Source of the DNA: a bacterium UBP1_UBA4783
Lineage (GTDB): Bacteria; Krumholzibacteriota; Krumholzibacteriia; Krumholzibacteriales; Krumholzibacteriaceae
Assembly (NCBI GenBank): GCA_002403075.1
Contig: DHHB01000012.1
Span: 13,767-77,766 of the forward strand
DNA length: 64,000 nt
Reading direction: 5' to 3'
Shown: positions 28,205 through 37,655 of the stretch, one piece after another
How the letters are laid out: each line of letters starts with the position of its first letter
How positions within the stretch are numbered: position 1 is the first letter of the stretch
Translations under genes and position numbers: made by a program
Notes under the pieces: model-generated
Told to the model about the DNA's origin: nothing
The model's database searches: none
Seen by the model: only the letters and a program-made list of their open reading frames with translations

Positions 28205-30367
28205 ATGGACCTGGATATCGCTCTGCGGTTCACCATCTGGACGACGGCTCTCGCCGTGGGGCTCGTCGTTCTTTCCGTCGCCGCGTACCGCCGCACGGCC
28301 CCGCCTTTGCCCCCCGCGCGGCGCGCGCTGCTCCGGGCTCTTCGCGCCGCGAGCTTCGCGGTCCTCGCTCTCCTCGTCGTCAATCCGGCGATCGTCATGA
28401 CGCGTACGGAAACGCGCCGGCCGCTCGTGATCGTGCTTCTCGACCGGTCGCGCAGCATGGAAACGCGCGACGCCGGCGGCCTTCCGAGGCTCGACGCCGC
28501 CCTCGAGGACGCCGAGCGCCTGCGGCGCGAGATCTCGCGGAGACAAGCGGAGGTCGTCGTCCTCCCGTTCGCGGACGCCCTCGCGCCGGATGCCCTTCAG
28601 CCGGGCGGGACGGTGGCGCCCGATCGGGACGGCACCGATATCCGGGGCGCCCTCGACGGCGCGGGGGATCGATACCCCGGCGCGGTCGCCGCGGTCGTGC
28701 TGCTGAGCGACGGCCGGACGACGCGCGGAATGGTCGCGAGCGGGAAAGGCGCGTACGCCCCCGTTTTCGCGGTCGGATACGGAGACACCGCCCGAAGCGC
28801 CGACGTCGCCGTCGAGGAGGTCGTCGCGGATCGCGTCGCCTATCGGGGAACGACGGTTCCCGTGGAGGCGGTCATACGGGCCGAGGGCTTTCGCGGAAGC
28901 GTCGTCGAGGTGCGTCTCATCGAAGATGGAAAACGCGTCGCCGCCGTCGTGCTCGCGGTGCGCCGGGACAGCGAGCTTCTCGCCGCCGCTTTCGACTACC
29001 TTTTCGAGCGCGAGGGGGCGCGCCGTCTCACCGTCGAGGCGATTCCCGGCGGGCCCGAGCGCGACCGCGGCAACAACAGCGAATCGATCCGTATCGACGT
29101 GCGCAAGGAGAGGATTCGCCTGCTCTACGTGGACAATCTCGCGGATTGGAACTCGGCGTTCCTCCGCGATCTCGTCGGGCGGTCGGAGCGGCTCGAGGGG
29201 GAGATCGCGCTCGGGGCCGCCGGACGGGGATTCACCCTCGATCCGGGGGGAGCGCGTTGGACCTTTCCGCGGGCCTCATCCGGGCTCGCCCGCTACGATC
29301 TCGTTATCGTCTCGGACGACGCGCGTCTCTTCGCCGAGAGGGAGAACGTCGAAACGCTCGTTCGATATGTCGAGGAGGGGGGTAGCGCGCTCTTTCTCGC
29401 CGACGAGGGATCGCCGATGGCGCGGGGCGGGGAGTCTTTCGGATTGATCGAGCCCGCCCTTCCCGTCCGGCGTGCGGGAACGCCGCGCATCGAGTACGGC
29501 GAGCATTTCGTGAAAGTATCGGCCGAGGCGGCCGGGGAGCGGTTCGCCGCGATGCTCGGTTCGGAGCGCGCGCTCGCCGCGATGCCGCCGCTTCCCGCCG
29601 GCATCGCGGGGGTGGTTCCGAGCGCGGGCGCCGAGACGCCGTTCACCCTCGCGAGCGGTTCGAGCGCGAGGGCGTTCCTCGCGATCGAACGCCGGGGGAG
29701 CGGTCTCACGGCCGCCGTGCTCGGATTCCCCCTGTGGCGATGGAGGCTCGCGGGCGCCGAGGGAGCACGCGTGTACGAATCCTTTTTCGGCGGACTCGTT
29801 CAGTACCTCGCGGAGGGCGCGAAATCGCCCCCGCTCGCCCTCGACGCCGATCGCACGGTGTATCGAAGCGGCGACCGCGTGCGGCTCACCGCCTCGATCG
29901 GGGAGAGGGACGCGCCCGGGACGCTCCGCGGCGAGCTGCGCCGCGCCGGGGACGCGCCGGCGGATGTGGCCGCCACGTTCCTGTTCGAGCGCGACGCGCG
30001 CCGGCGGGGCGTCTATCGCGCGTCGATCGAGGGTCTCCCGCCGGGATCGTACAGCGCCGTCGCGGTCGAAGGGCCGGGGACCGCCGTCGCGTCGAGCCCC
30101 GTCGCGTTCGCCGTCGAACCGGCTTCTGTGGAGTTACTCGATCTCTCGAGGGACGGCTCGCTCCTCGCTCGAATCGCCGCCGAGTCGGGCGGCGTCTGCG
30201 TCGAGCGCGGCTCGATCGATTCGGTCGTCGCGGCGTTCGATCTCTCGGGCCGGAGCGTGGACCGGCGGAGCGCGCGCGAGCTGCGCGGAAGCGTGCCCGC
30301 CCTGATCGTTCTCGTCGCCCTTCTCGGAGCCGAGTGGATCGCCCGGAAAGCGTGGGGGCTCGTATGA
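28205..30367 (+). CDS. BatA-like membrane protein with N-terminal double-TM and von Willebrand A domain
   Basis: Two N-terminal hydrophobic helices. VIVLLDRSRSM (MIDAS DxSxS start of a vWA domain). C-terminal TM (ALIVLVALLGAEWIA). GGGAGAA RBS. Confidence 0.6.
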   Translation: MDLDIALRFTIWTTALAVGLVVLSVAAYRRTAPPLPPARRALLRALRAASFAVLALLVVNPAIVMTRTETRRPLVIVLLDRSRSMETRDAGGLPRLDAALEDAERLRREISRRQAEVVVLPFADALAPDALQPGGTVAPDRDGTDIRGALDGAGDRYPGAVAAVVLLSDGRTTRGMVASGKGAYAPVFAVGYGDTARSADVAVEEVVADRVAYRGTTVPVEAVIRAEGFRGSVVEVRLIEDGKRVAAVVLAVRRDSELLAAAFDYLFEREGARRLTVEAIPGGPERDRGNNSESIRIDVRKERIRLLYVDNLADWNSAFLRDLVGRSERLEGEIALGAAGRGFTLDPGGARWTFPRASSGLARYDLVIVSDDARLFAERENVETLVRYVEEGGSALFLADEGSPMARGGESFGLIEPALPVRRAGTPRIEYGEHFVKVSAEAAGERFAAMLGSERALAAMPPLPAGIAGVVPSAGAETPFTLASGSSARAFLAIERRGSGLTAAVLGFPLWRWRLAGAEGARVYESFFGGLVQYLAEGAKSPPLALDADRTVYRSGDRVRLTASIGERDAPGTLRGELRRAGDAPADVAATFLFERDARRRGVYRASIEGLPPGSYSAVAVEGPGTAVASSPVAFAVEPASVELLDLSRDGSLLARIAAESGGVCVERGSIDSVVAAFDLSGRSVDRRSARELRGSVPALIVLVALLGAEWIARKAWGLV

Positions 30368-31665
30368 CGGAGCAGTCCGCCTTCCGCGCGGGACCGGCGC
30401 GGCGTCGAGCGCGCGAGATCGTTCTCGCGGCCGTACTCGTCGCGCTGTCGTCGGCTACGGTCTCCGCCGGACGATCGCCGGACCGGGCGCGAAAAGGGGA
30501 TCCCGCGGCGTACGCTCTCTTCAGGAAGATGTACGGAGCGTTGCGGGACGCGAAGACCCTTTCCCTCGAGAGCGAGTTCGTGTGGGAGACGAACGGCGAG
30601 GAGATCGGCCGCTCGTCCTACGAGCTTCGTCTCGGAAGACCGAACCTCGCTCGACTCGAATCGCGCAGCGGCGACGGCTCGCGGACGGGTATCATCGTCG
30701 TCGACGGCCGGGATATGTGGGTATATTGGCCGACCGGCCGGCCCTCTATGCCGGGGATCGATTCGATTCGCGCCCCCGAGGGCGTGGAAAACACCTTTAT
30801 CCGGCAGCCCGCTCCCGCCGGATCGCGGTCGATCGGCGGCGAGACGAACACCCTCGGAACGGGGATGTCGGCCCCGATCCTCGATCCGAGCATCTTTCAC
30901 GGACTCGCGGATCCCATGGAGCCGTTTCTCGACGAGGTGCGAAGCATCGGGATCTCGACGGTCGACGGCGAAATCTGCGACATCGTCGTCGCCGAATACG
31001 ACGAGCGCAAACGCAGCCGCGCCTTCTGGATCGCGCGGAGCGACGGTCTCCCGCGGAGGCTTATCGAAACGGTGCGGCTCGATCGCGAGATCGTGAAGCG
31101 CGAGCACTGGCGGAAGGTTTCGGTGAACGCGGCGATGCCCCGCGATCTCTTTTCGTGGCGGCCGCCCGCCGGCTGGGAGGAATACCTTCCGCCCACGCTC
31201 CATCGCGGGCTGCTTCCGCCCGGAAGCGTCGCGCCGGATTTCACGGTCGCGCTCCTCGACGGCGCGAGCTTCACGCTATCCGAGCAGCGGGGCAAAACGG
31301 TCTGGCTCTGTTTCTGGCGCCTCGCGTGTCCGCCGTGCCGCGTGGAGCTTCCGCATCTCGAACGGCTGCGCAAACGGCACGGGAAGAACGGGCTCGTCGT
31401 CCTGGGCGTCAACTTCGCCGATGACCGCGGCCCGGCGCTCGAGTATCTGCGCAAGGAGTCGATCGGTTTCGCGAACGCCGTCGACACCTCCGCCGCCGTG
31501 CAGGATCTCTATTACCGCCGCTACCAGACGCTGAAGGGCCACAGCGCCGTTCCTCTCAACTACATCATCGATCCCGAAGGCCGCGTCGCCGACGCGTGGT
31601 ACGGATACGAGAAGGGCTCGGGCGCGGGCAACGCCGCGTTGAAACGGCTCGGGGTCATCCGCTGA
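30364..31665 (+). CDS. LolA-like / TlpA-family thioredoxin fusion (thiol:disulfide oxidoreductase, CPPC)
   Basis: ATGA overlap with the upstream stop. Signal peptide. The C-terminal domain has WLCFWRLACPPCRVELPHLERL (thioredoxin CxxC) plus the redoxin-like VVLGVNFADD. Confidence 0.6.
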   Translation: MTEQSAFRAGPARRRAREIVLAAVLVALSSATVSAGRSPDRARKGDPAAYALFRKMYGALRDAKTLSLESEFVWETNGEEIGRSSYELRLGRPNLARLESRSGDGSRTGIIVVDGRDMWVYWPTGRPSMPGIDSIRAPEGVENTFIRQPAPAGSRSIGGETNTLGTGMSAPILDPSIFHGLADPMEPFLDEVRSIGISTVDGEICDIVVAEYDERKRSRAFWIARSDGLPRRLIETVRLDREIVKREHWRKVSVNAAMPRDLFSWRPPAGWEEYLPPTLHRGLLPPGSVAPDFTVALLDGASFTLSEQRGKTVWLCFWRLACPPCRVELPHLERLRKRHGKNGLVVLGVNFADDRGPALEYLRKESIGFANAVDTSAAVQDLYYRRYQTLKGHSAVPLNYIIDPEGRVADAWYGYEKGSGAGNAALKRLGVIR

Positions 31666-31755
31666 TCCGCGGACATCCGCGAACATATTTCTCTTGAAAA
31701 CGCTCGGGCGATCTGCTTGAATCGATCCCGGCTCGTGTGAAGGGTGGTGGTCGTG

Positions 31756-33456
31756 ATGTGGTGGAGCCTTTTTTTATTTCCCGCCGTTATTCCCCCGTAT
31801 CCCCTCGACGAAATCCCGGCGACGCGCGAAGCGGCCGGACGGGTGGTCGTCAACGAAGTGTATTACGACCATCCGGGCAGAGACGACGGATGGGAGTTCG
31901 TCGAGCTGTACAACGCCTGCCGCGACACGGTCGATCTCTCGCTCTGGCGCATCGAATCCCTCGACGGCGCCTCGGGAAGGGCCCGGTGCGTTTGGACGGG
32001 GACGGCGCCGGCGCGCATCGGCCCCGGAGAGATCGTCTGCGTCGCCGGCGGGGCGCTCGGTCCGGCGAGCGGATATCTCCTCGCGGGCGAGCTCGAGAAC
32101 GGTCCCGACGCGGTCCGTCTCGTGTCGCCGGCTGGGATCGAGGACCTTCTCGGGTACGGCCCGCTCGCTCTCGAGGGGCTCTTCGAGGGAGGCCCCGCGC
32201 CGGACGTTCCGGCGGGGGCGAGCCTCGCGCGGAAGCCGGATGGAGCGGACCGCGATCGCAACGACGCCGATTTCACCGCGGCGACGCCGACGCCGGGTCG
32301 CAGGAATTTCTTCGAGCGCGACGTCGCGCTTTCGCACGCGCCGCCGGACGAGCTTCCCTGCCCCGGCGCTCCGTTCGCCTTCAAGCTGAAATTCGCGAAC
32401 GCGGGGCTCGAGCGGTTCGAAGACGCCGTGCGCGTGCGGGTCGTCGTCGAAAGCGGGCTCGCGGCCGATTCGGCGGCGGCGCGTAAGGAGCTTCGTCTCG
32501 ACCCGGGCGCGCACGACTCGATCGCGGTTACGGCGCGCGCTCCCTTCGCCGATCGGTTCGCCGTGCGGTCGTTCGTGGAAGGAGCTCCCGACGATTGGGC
32601 GGGCGACGATTCGCTTCGCTTCGAGCTTCGAACCTCGCCCGGCGACGTCGTCGTGAACGAGATCATGTACCGTCCCGGCGCCGGCGAGTGCGAGTGGGTC
32701 GAGATCGTCTGCGCCGGAGGCGCCTCCCGCGATCTCGCCGGCTGGACGATAGCCGACGCCACGGGATCGCGCCGCCTCATTTCGCGGGAACCGCTCGTCC
32801 TCGCGCCGTTCGGGTATCTCATCCTCGCGCGCGATTCGTCGGCCTTCGCCGCGAGGTACCCGCGCTGCGCCGCTCCCGTCCGAACCCCCGCCGGCGGATG
32901 GCCCTCGCTCAACGACACCGGGCGCGACGGCGTCGCCGACAGGGTTTCGCTCCACGACGACTCGGGCGCTCTCGTCGAGTCGGTCGCCTATCGCGACCTT
33001 CTCGGCGCGGAGCGCGGACGGAGCATCGAGCGCCTGTCGGAGACGGCGTGCAGCTCTCTTCCGGGAGGCGTCTGGCACCGCTCGGCCGCGCGCGACGGGG
33101 CGACCCCCGGCGCCGAGAATTCGACTCGCTCGAGCGCCTCGCCGAAAGGGACGCGTCCCTCGCTCGCCCCGAATCCGTTTTCGCCCGCGCGCCACGGCTC
33201 CGTGTCGATATCGGGCGTTCTCGCCGGTGGCGAGGTCGGATTCCGCGTGCGGATATTCAGCTTGGCCGGGATCGAGCTGCGGCGCCTCTTCGCCGAGACG
33301 GGCGGCGCGAGGACCTTTTCCTGCAGGTGGGACGGAGCGGACGACGGCGGAGCCGTTCTCCCGTCGGGCTTGTACGTGTGTCTCGTCGAGTACATCGGAG
33401 CGGGAGGTGGGGTGTGCAGAAGGGAAAAGCTCTGTGTCGTCGTGGCCGCCGGCTGA
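31756..33456 (+). CDS. secreted protein with two Lamin-tail (LTD) domains and T9SS-type C-terminal sorting domain
   Basis: VVNEVYYDHPGRDDGWEFVELYN and VVVNEIMYRPGAGECEWVEIVCAG are LTD signatures. The C-terminal APNPFSP...RIFSLAGIELRR...WDGADDGGAVLPSGLYVCLVEY matches the same CTD class as the giant protein. Confidence 0.7.
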   Translation: MWWSLFLFPAVIPPYPLDEIPATREAAGRVVVNEVYYDHPGRDDGWEFVELYNACRDTVDLSLWRIESLDGASGRARCVWTGTAPARIGPGEIVCVAGGALGPASGYLLAGELENGPDAVRLVSPAGIEDLLGYGPLALEGLFEGGPAPDVPAGASLARKPDGADRDRNDADFTAATPTPGRRNFFERDVALSHAPPDELPCPGAPFAFKLKFANAGLERFEDAVRVRVVVESGLAADSAAARKELRLDPGAHDSIAVTARAPFADRFAVRSFVEGAPDDWAGDDSLRFELRTSPGDVVVNEIMYRPGAGECEWVEIVCAGGASRDLAGWTIADATGSRRLISREPLVLAPFGYLILARDSSAFAARYPRCAAPVRTPAGGWPSLNDTGRDGVADRVSLHDDSGALVESVAYRDLLGAERGRSIERLSETACSSLPGGVWHRSAARDGATPGAENSTRSSASPKGTRPSLAPNPFSPARHGSVSISGVLAGGEVGFRVRIFSLAGIELRRLFAETGGARTFSCRWDGADDGGAVLPSGLYVCLVEYIGAGGGVCRREKLCVVVAAG

Positions 33457-34202
33457 TGCGATCGTGCGCGATCGCGGCCTCTTGCGCGCTGGGCGCGGCC
33501 GCCGGAGGCGCGGCCGGCGAGGCGCCGTTCAGCCGAATCTTCGGTCCGCTCGCCGTGACGGCGGCCGATACGGCGGGCGTCGCCTGCGTGAGCCTGTCGC
33601 TCGCGAACCCCCACTCGATCGACGGGCTCGTCTCGTCGCTCGCCGAGGCGGAGGCCGACGCCGGCGCCGCGGTGGCCTGCGTGCGCTATTTCCGGCTTTC
33701 CCACGCCCTCTACACCGAGGACCGGCTCTTCTGCGCGATCGCGTTCGGGACCCCCGTTACGGGCGTCATGATCGGCGGCGAGTCCGGTTTCCTGCGGCAA
33801 AGCGCGAAGGGATATCGAGGCGAGCGATCGTTTCCTGCGCGCGTCGTCGCCGTGTGGCGTCGCGCCCGCTCGGCGTCGATACGGCTCGCCGTGCCGGTGA
33901 TCGAGAGCGGGGCGGCGTCGCCTGCCGGGAGCGCATGGTCGTGCGACGTCTCATGTGGAGCCGTCGGTCTCGGCGTCGCCGTCTTTTCGCCGGACGGTCT
34001 CTCGACGGATCGCCGGCTCGAGGCGGCGGCCGCTCTCGGAGAGCGAACGACCGTCGGGGCGTCCTACGCCTGGCGTTCGGGCGAGCTTTCGACCCGCGTC
34101 CGCTTCGAAATCCGGCGCTGCATCTTCGGATTCGAATGGAGCGTTCACCCGCTGCTCGGCGTGAGCGCTTCGGCGGGCGCCGGGAGGAGGTGGGTCTGGT
34201 GA
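33456..34202 (+). CDS. hypothetical secreted/outer-membrane protein coupled to LTD cargo
   Basis: ATG overlaps the upstream stop (TGATG). Signal-peptide-like N-terminus. No recognisable domain. Confidence 0.4.
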   Translation: MRSCAIAASCALGAAAGGAAGEAPFSRIFGPLAVTAADTAGVACVSLSLANPHSIDGLVSSLAEAEADAGAAVACVRYFRLSHALYTEDRLFCAIAFGTPVTGVMIGGESGFLRQSAKGYRGERSFPARVVAVWRRARSASIRLAVPVIESGAASPAGSAWSCDVSCGAVGLGVAVFSPDGLSTDRRLEAAAALGERTTVGASYAWRSGELSTRVRFEIRRCIFGFEWSVHPLLGVSASAGAGRRWVW

Positions 34203-35776
34203 AAGCGCTTCATGCGGTCCTCCTCGCGGCGACGTTTTTCGAGGGCTGCGGTGGCATCGGCGCGTACAGCCCCGGATCTCCGCCCGGTCGGGCGGCCGGC
34301 GGCGTAATCGGCTCGGAACCGATCGCGCGGGACGGGGACCGCGACGATTCCGTGGATCCCACGATCTCGATCGAGGAGTTCGAAATCGACCGGGAGCTTT
34401 CTCCGTCGAGCGGCGCGGGCCGCGCGGCCGCGCGGGCGTCGGGCCGTCTCCGGTTCACCGTCGACGGGATCGCCGCCGGCGGGGGGAACCGAAAGGAGGG
34501 GCACGCCACGCTGTCTTCTCCTCGTTTTCGCATCGTCCTTCGGCGGAGGGAAACAGCCTCGTATACGTCGACCGCGGGCTTCGCGCGGCTCGAGACCATC
34601 GCCGGTTTCCTCGCGCTCGCCGTGGGGAGCTTCGTTCCCGATTTCGCGGAAGGGCTCATCGCGGGCGGCGCCGGCTCTCCGCACGTGTTCTCGGGAGCCT
34701 TTCCGATGGCGTCGAGGCGCCGGATAGCTCCGAACACATCATCCTACGGCCGGGCGCTGATCGGAGGCACGATCGAGATCGGCGGCGGGGCGTGCGGCGG
34801 AGTTCTCTTCGCGGGACGGGAGCGGATCGTCCGTTCCGGCCGGCTCGAGACGGGCCCGGCCCGGGTCGCGGGAGTACGCGTCGAGATGCGCGCCGGCGGG
34901 TTCAGCGGGGGGATGTCGCTCATAACCAAGGAAGGAGACGGCCGGAAGACGCTCGCGGGCGCGGACGCGCGCTTCGGGACGGGCTCCGCGAGAGCGGGCT
35001 TCGAGGCGGTGCATCTGCCCGGCGGGTTACCGGCCGCTCTCGCCGCGTTTTCGTTTCGCGGACGAAAAACGAGCGTCGGAGTTTCGTTGCATTCGTCTCC
35101 GTCGGGCGCCGGAGGGATTAGCGGTAGAGTGAACGGCGTGGACATAGGCTCCGCTCCGGCATACGGGGGGGCGATCGCCGCGGCCGAGCGGAAGGTCGCC
35201 CGCGGAACGGCGGTTCGGGCGGCGCTCGAGCGCGCCGCGCGGACCGGCGACCTGGAGAGGACGGAGCGCTGGACCATCAGAGCGGAGATCGAAAGAAAGT
35301 GGCGGCGCATCCGTCTCGTCCTGTCGGGAAACGCCGCCGAGTCCGGGGAGACGCCGCTCCTTCCGTTTCCCGGAGCGACTGAGACGAGCCGGGAGTCGGG
35401 CGGAGGAGCAGGCGCGCTGGTCGTCGTGAATCCGGCCTCCCGGGTATCGATCCGTTTCGCGGTAAAGAGCGTTGCGAAATCGCACGACGAGCGAGGCGTC
35501 CTCGTCTCGCCGATGCTGCGGGTGCGTTCCCCGGGGGGGCGTGTCGTGCTGACGGCTTTTCATGCGTCATACGGGGCGTCGAAAGGCGCGCCCGCCTGCT
35601 ACTACTATGAGCCCTGCCTCGACGGCGCATACCCGTGGCGCGGGGCATACCGGGATGTGAGCAGGAGCGCATTCATTATCTCTATTAAATACAACAAGTT
35701 TGAAGCATCGTGTAAGGTGGCGCATCAGGATAACGCCGCGGCGGAGGGGAGCGTACAGGCTGTGGCCGCTTTCTGA
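34199..35776 (+). CDS. hypothetical lipoprotein / outer-membrane protein
   Basis: GTG start overlapping the upstream stop (GTGA). N-terminus LLAATFFEGCGG (lipobox-like). Gly/Ala-rich beta-strand-like body. Confidence 0.4.
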   Translation: MKALHAVLLAATFFEGCGGIGAYSPGSPPGRAAGGVIGSEPIARDGDRDDSVDPTISIEEFEIDRELSPSSGAGRAAARASGRLRFTVDGIAAGGGNRKEGHATLSSPRFRIVLRRRETASYTSTAGFARLETIAGFLALAVGSFVPDFAEGLIAGGAGSPHVFSGAFPMASRRRIAPNTSSYGRALIGGTIEIGGGACGGVLFAGRERIVRSGRLETGPARVAGVRVEMRAGGFSGGMSLITKEGDGRKTLAGADARFGTGSARAGFEAVHLPGGLPAALAAFSFRGRKTSVGVSLHSSPSGAGGISGRVNGVDIGSAPAYGGAIAAAERKVARGTAVRAALERAARTGDLERTERWTIRAEIERKWRRIRLVLSGNAAESGETPLLPFPGATETSRESGGGAGALVVVNPASRVSIRFAVKSVAKSHDERGVLVSPMLRVRSPGGRVVLTAFHASYGASKGAPACYYYEPCLDGAYPWRGAYRDVSRSAFIISIKYNKFEASCKVAHQDNAAAEGSVQAVAAF

Positions 35777-35840
35777 TCGATGGAAGGGCCCCCGCCATCG
35801 CGGCTCGGCGGGGAATGCAGGTAGGGGGAATTGTCGATGA

Positions 35841-37445
35841 ATGCCGGTATACCGGCCGCGGAGCTCGGAATTGGAACCGTTCATGCTCATTGCCCGGGTG
35901 ATGGAATCCGTCCGTACACTGATATACGACGATAAAACCCACGGCAGGAGGGTGATCACCTTCCCGCCTCCGCTGCCGTTCGTCGAGCACTCGAACGAGC
36001 TGCTTTCTTCGCTTCCGTCCGGCGAAGCGAAGGACAACCTCCTCAAGATCGCGGGCGCCGACAACGTTTTCAAACGGGCGGGGCTGTTCGCAGAGTATCT
36101 CGGCACATCCGCGGAGCCCCACAAGGAGATCTTGCGCGCCGCGGCGCTCGCCGTTTCCGGGGAGACGGCCGGCCTCAAGCTCGTCTACGCGGCGCTCCTC
36201 GCCGTGCCTCCCGCGGAGCATCTCGTCATGGAGCTCGCCGAGTTCAGGAACGTCAGGCGAGCGATGGCGCGCGTCGCCGCGAGGGAGAAGGCGGGAACAC
36301 CGCTTCGGGAGAGCGAGGACTGGTTCAGGAAGAAGGCGCTGCTGCTCTCGATCTCCCACCCGCTGCCGGGAGTGTCGAACGCTCCGTCGGACGCCCCGTG
36401 GCTCGGTTGGAGCGAGGAGGTGCGGCGCGGCGTATCGGATCCGGATCGGCGCTGGGACAAGGCCGTGCTCGAGCGCGCCAAGGCGGAGCTCGAGGCGCGG
36501 GAGCTGCGCATCAAACTCCTCCTGACGAACATCGATTTCATGTCGAAGGGGCGCACGACGATCTACCTCATGACCACGGGCGAGGAGACGCGATGGCGCA
36601 TACAGGCGCTCGACGAGGCGTATCAGCGCTTCGGCGAGGCGACGCTCGTCATCCGCCACCGGCTCGGCGCCGCGTGGGAACCGGTGATGGAGGCGCTCCG
36701 GACGACGAGCTCGGGCCGCGCCCTCGCAGACCTCTTCGACGTCCAGGCGGCGAGGGCCCATTCGTATCCGTCGATGAAAACGGGGACCTCGGTCATCCGA
36801 GCCCTTCTCATGCATCCGCTGCTGCTGAGAGCGCAGCGCAAGCCGGATTTCCTGAGCTGCCTCTCGATATACGCGGGCGGGGCGGGGAACGGCGTCCTCG
36901 AGATCCTGCTCCAAAAGCTCGCCGCGGTGAACGTCCTCAAGATGCTCCTCGATCTTCCCGGATTCGATCTTCATGAGAGAATCCTGACGATCGATCTCTC
37001 AAAGGTGCCTCCGGCGCCGTTCGTCGACATCGAGGACATGCCCCGCGACGTCGACTGGGCGAACGTCCACAAGGAATCGGCCGTGAGCTGGCGCACGCTC
37101 GTCCTCACCTACATGGACAACGACAACTTCATCGTCGAGCTCATCAACAATCCGCGGGTCGCCGCCCAGCCCGGCATCATCCCGCTCATCGCGCAGAAAT
37201 CGAGATCGACGAGGGTGCTCAACATCATCGCGAACACGCGCTCGCTCTATTCGGGATTCTCGAACAAGGAGGTTCCCGTCAACCTTCTCATGAATCCCGC
37301 CAAAGCGCCCCTCTCGGCCCTCCGAAAGTTCATTCACGTGAGGTTCATGGACAAGGCGTCCCTCGCCCGCCTCGCGGGCAAGGGGAGCGCGATCCGCGAG
37401 GATATCCGGCGCGAGGTTCAGCATTACCTCTCGTCGCTCAAGTGA
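35841..37445 (+). CDS. hypothetical protein (534 aa)
   Basis: Long ORF with normal amino-acid composition. GGGGGAA lies 9 nt upstream of the ATG. No domain recognised. Confidence 0.5.
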   Translation: MPVYRPRSSELEPFMLIARVMESVRTLIYDDKTHGRRVITFPPPLPFVEHSNELLSSLPSGEAKDNLLKIAGADNVFKRAGLFAEYLGTSAEPHKEILRAAALAVSGETAGLKLVYAALLAVPPAEHLVMELAEFRNVRRAMARVAAREKAGTPLRESEDWFRKKALLLSISHPLPGVSNAPSDAPWLGWSEEVRRGVSDPDRRWDKAVLERAKAELEARELRIKLLLTNIDFMSKGRTTIYLMTTGEETRWRIQALDEAYQRFGEATLVIRHRLGAAWEPVMEALRTTSSGRALADLFDVQAARAHSYPSMKTGTSVIRALLMHPLLLRAQRKPDFLSCLSIYAGGAGNGVLEILLQKLAAVNVLKMLLDLPGFDLHERILTIDLSKVPPAPFVDIEDMPRDVDWANVHKESAVSWRTLVLTYMDNDNFIVELINNPRVAAQPGIIPLIAQKSRSTRVLNIIANTRSLYSGFSNKEVPVNLLMNPAKAPLSALRKFIHVRFMDKASLARLAGKGSAIREDIRREVQHYLSSLK

Positions 37446-37564
37446 CGGTTCCCGCGCCACGCTCCTCTCCGGCGCGGGTCTCTCCGCTCCGCCGCACGCC
37501 GGCGTTCCCCTCCGAAACGGCAACCTATCGCGCGGCAACTCGTTGCGCCGCTTCGCCTATTGAG

Positions 37565-37593
37565 TTGACAAAGCGTCCGCGCGCCCATAATAT
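37565..37593 (+). promoter_or_regulatory. sigma70-type promoter TTGACA-N17-TAATAT
   Basis: TTGACA at 37565-37570 and TAATAT at 37588-37593, ~60 nt upstream of the aminotransferase ATG. Confidence 0.5.
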
Positions 37594-37655
37594 AGATATT
37601 GCTTATTTTTTATGAGATGTGCCGTTTTCCCGACGAGGATCCACGAGGAGGAGAG

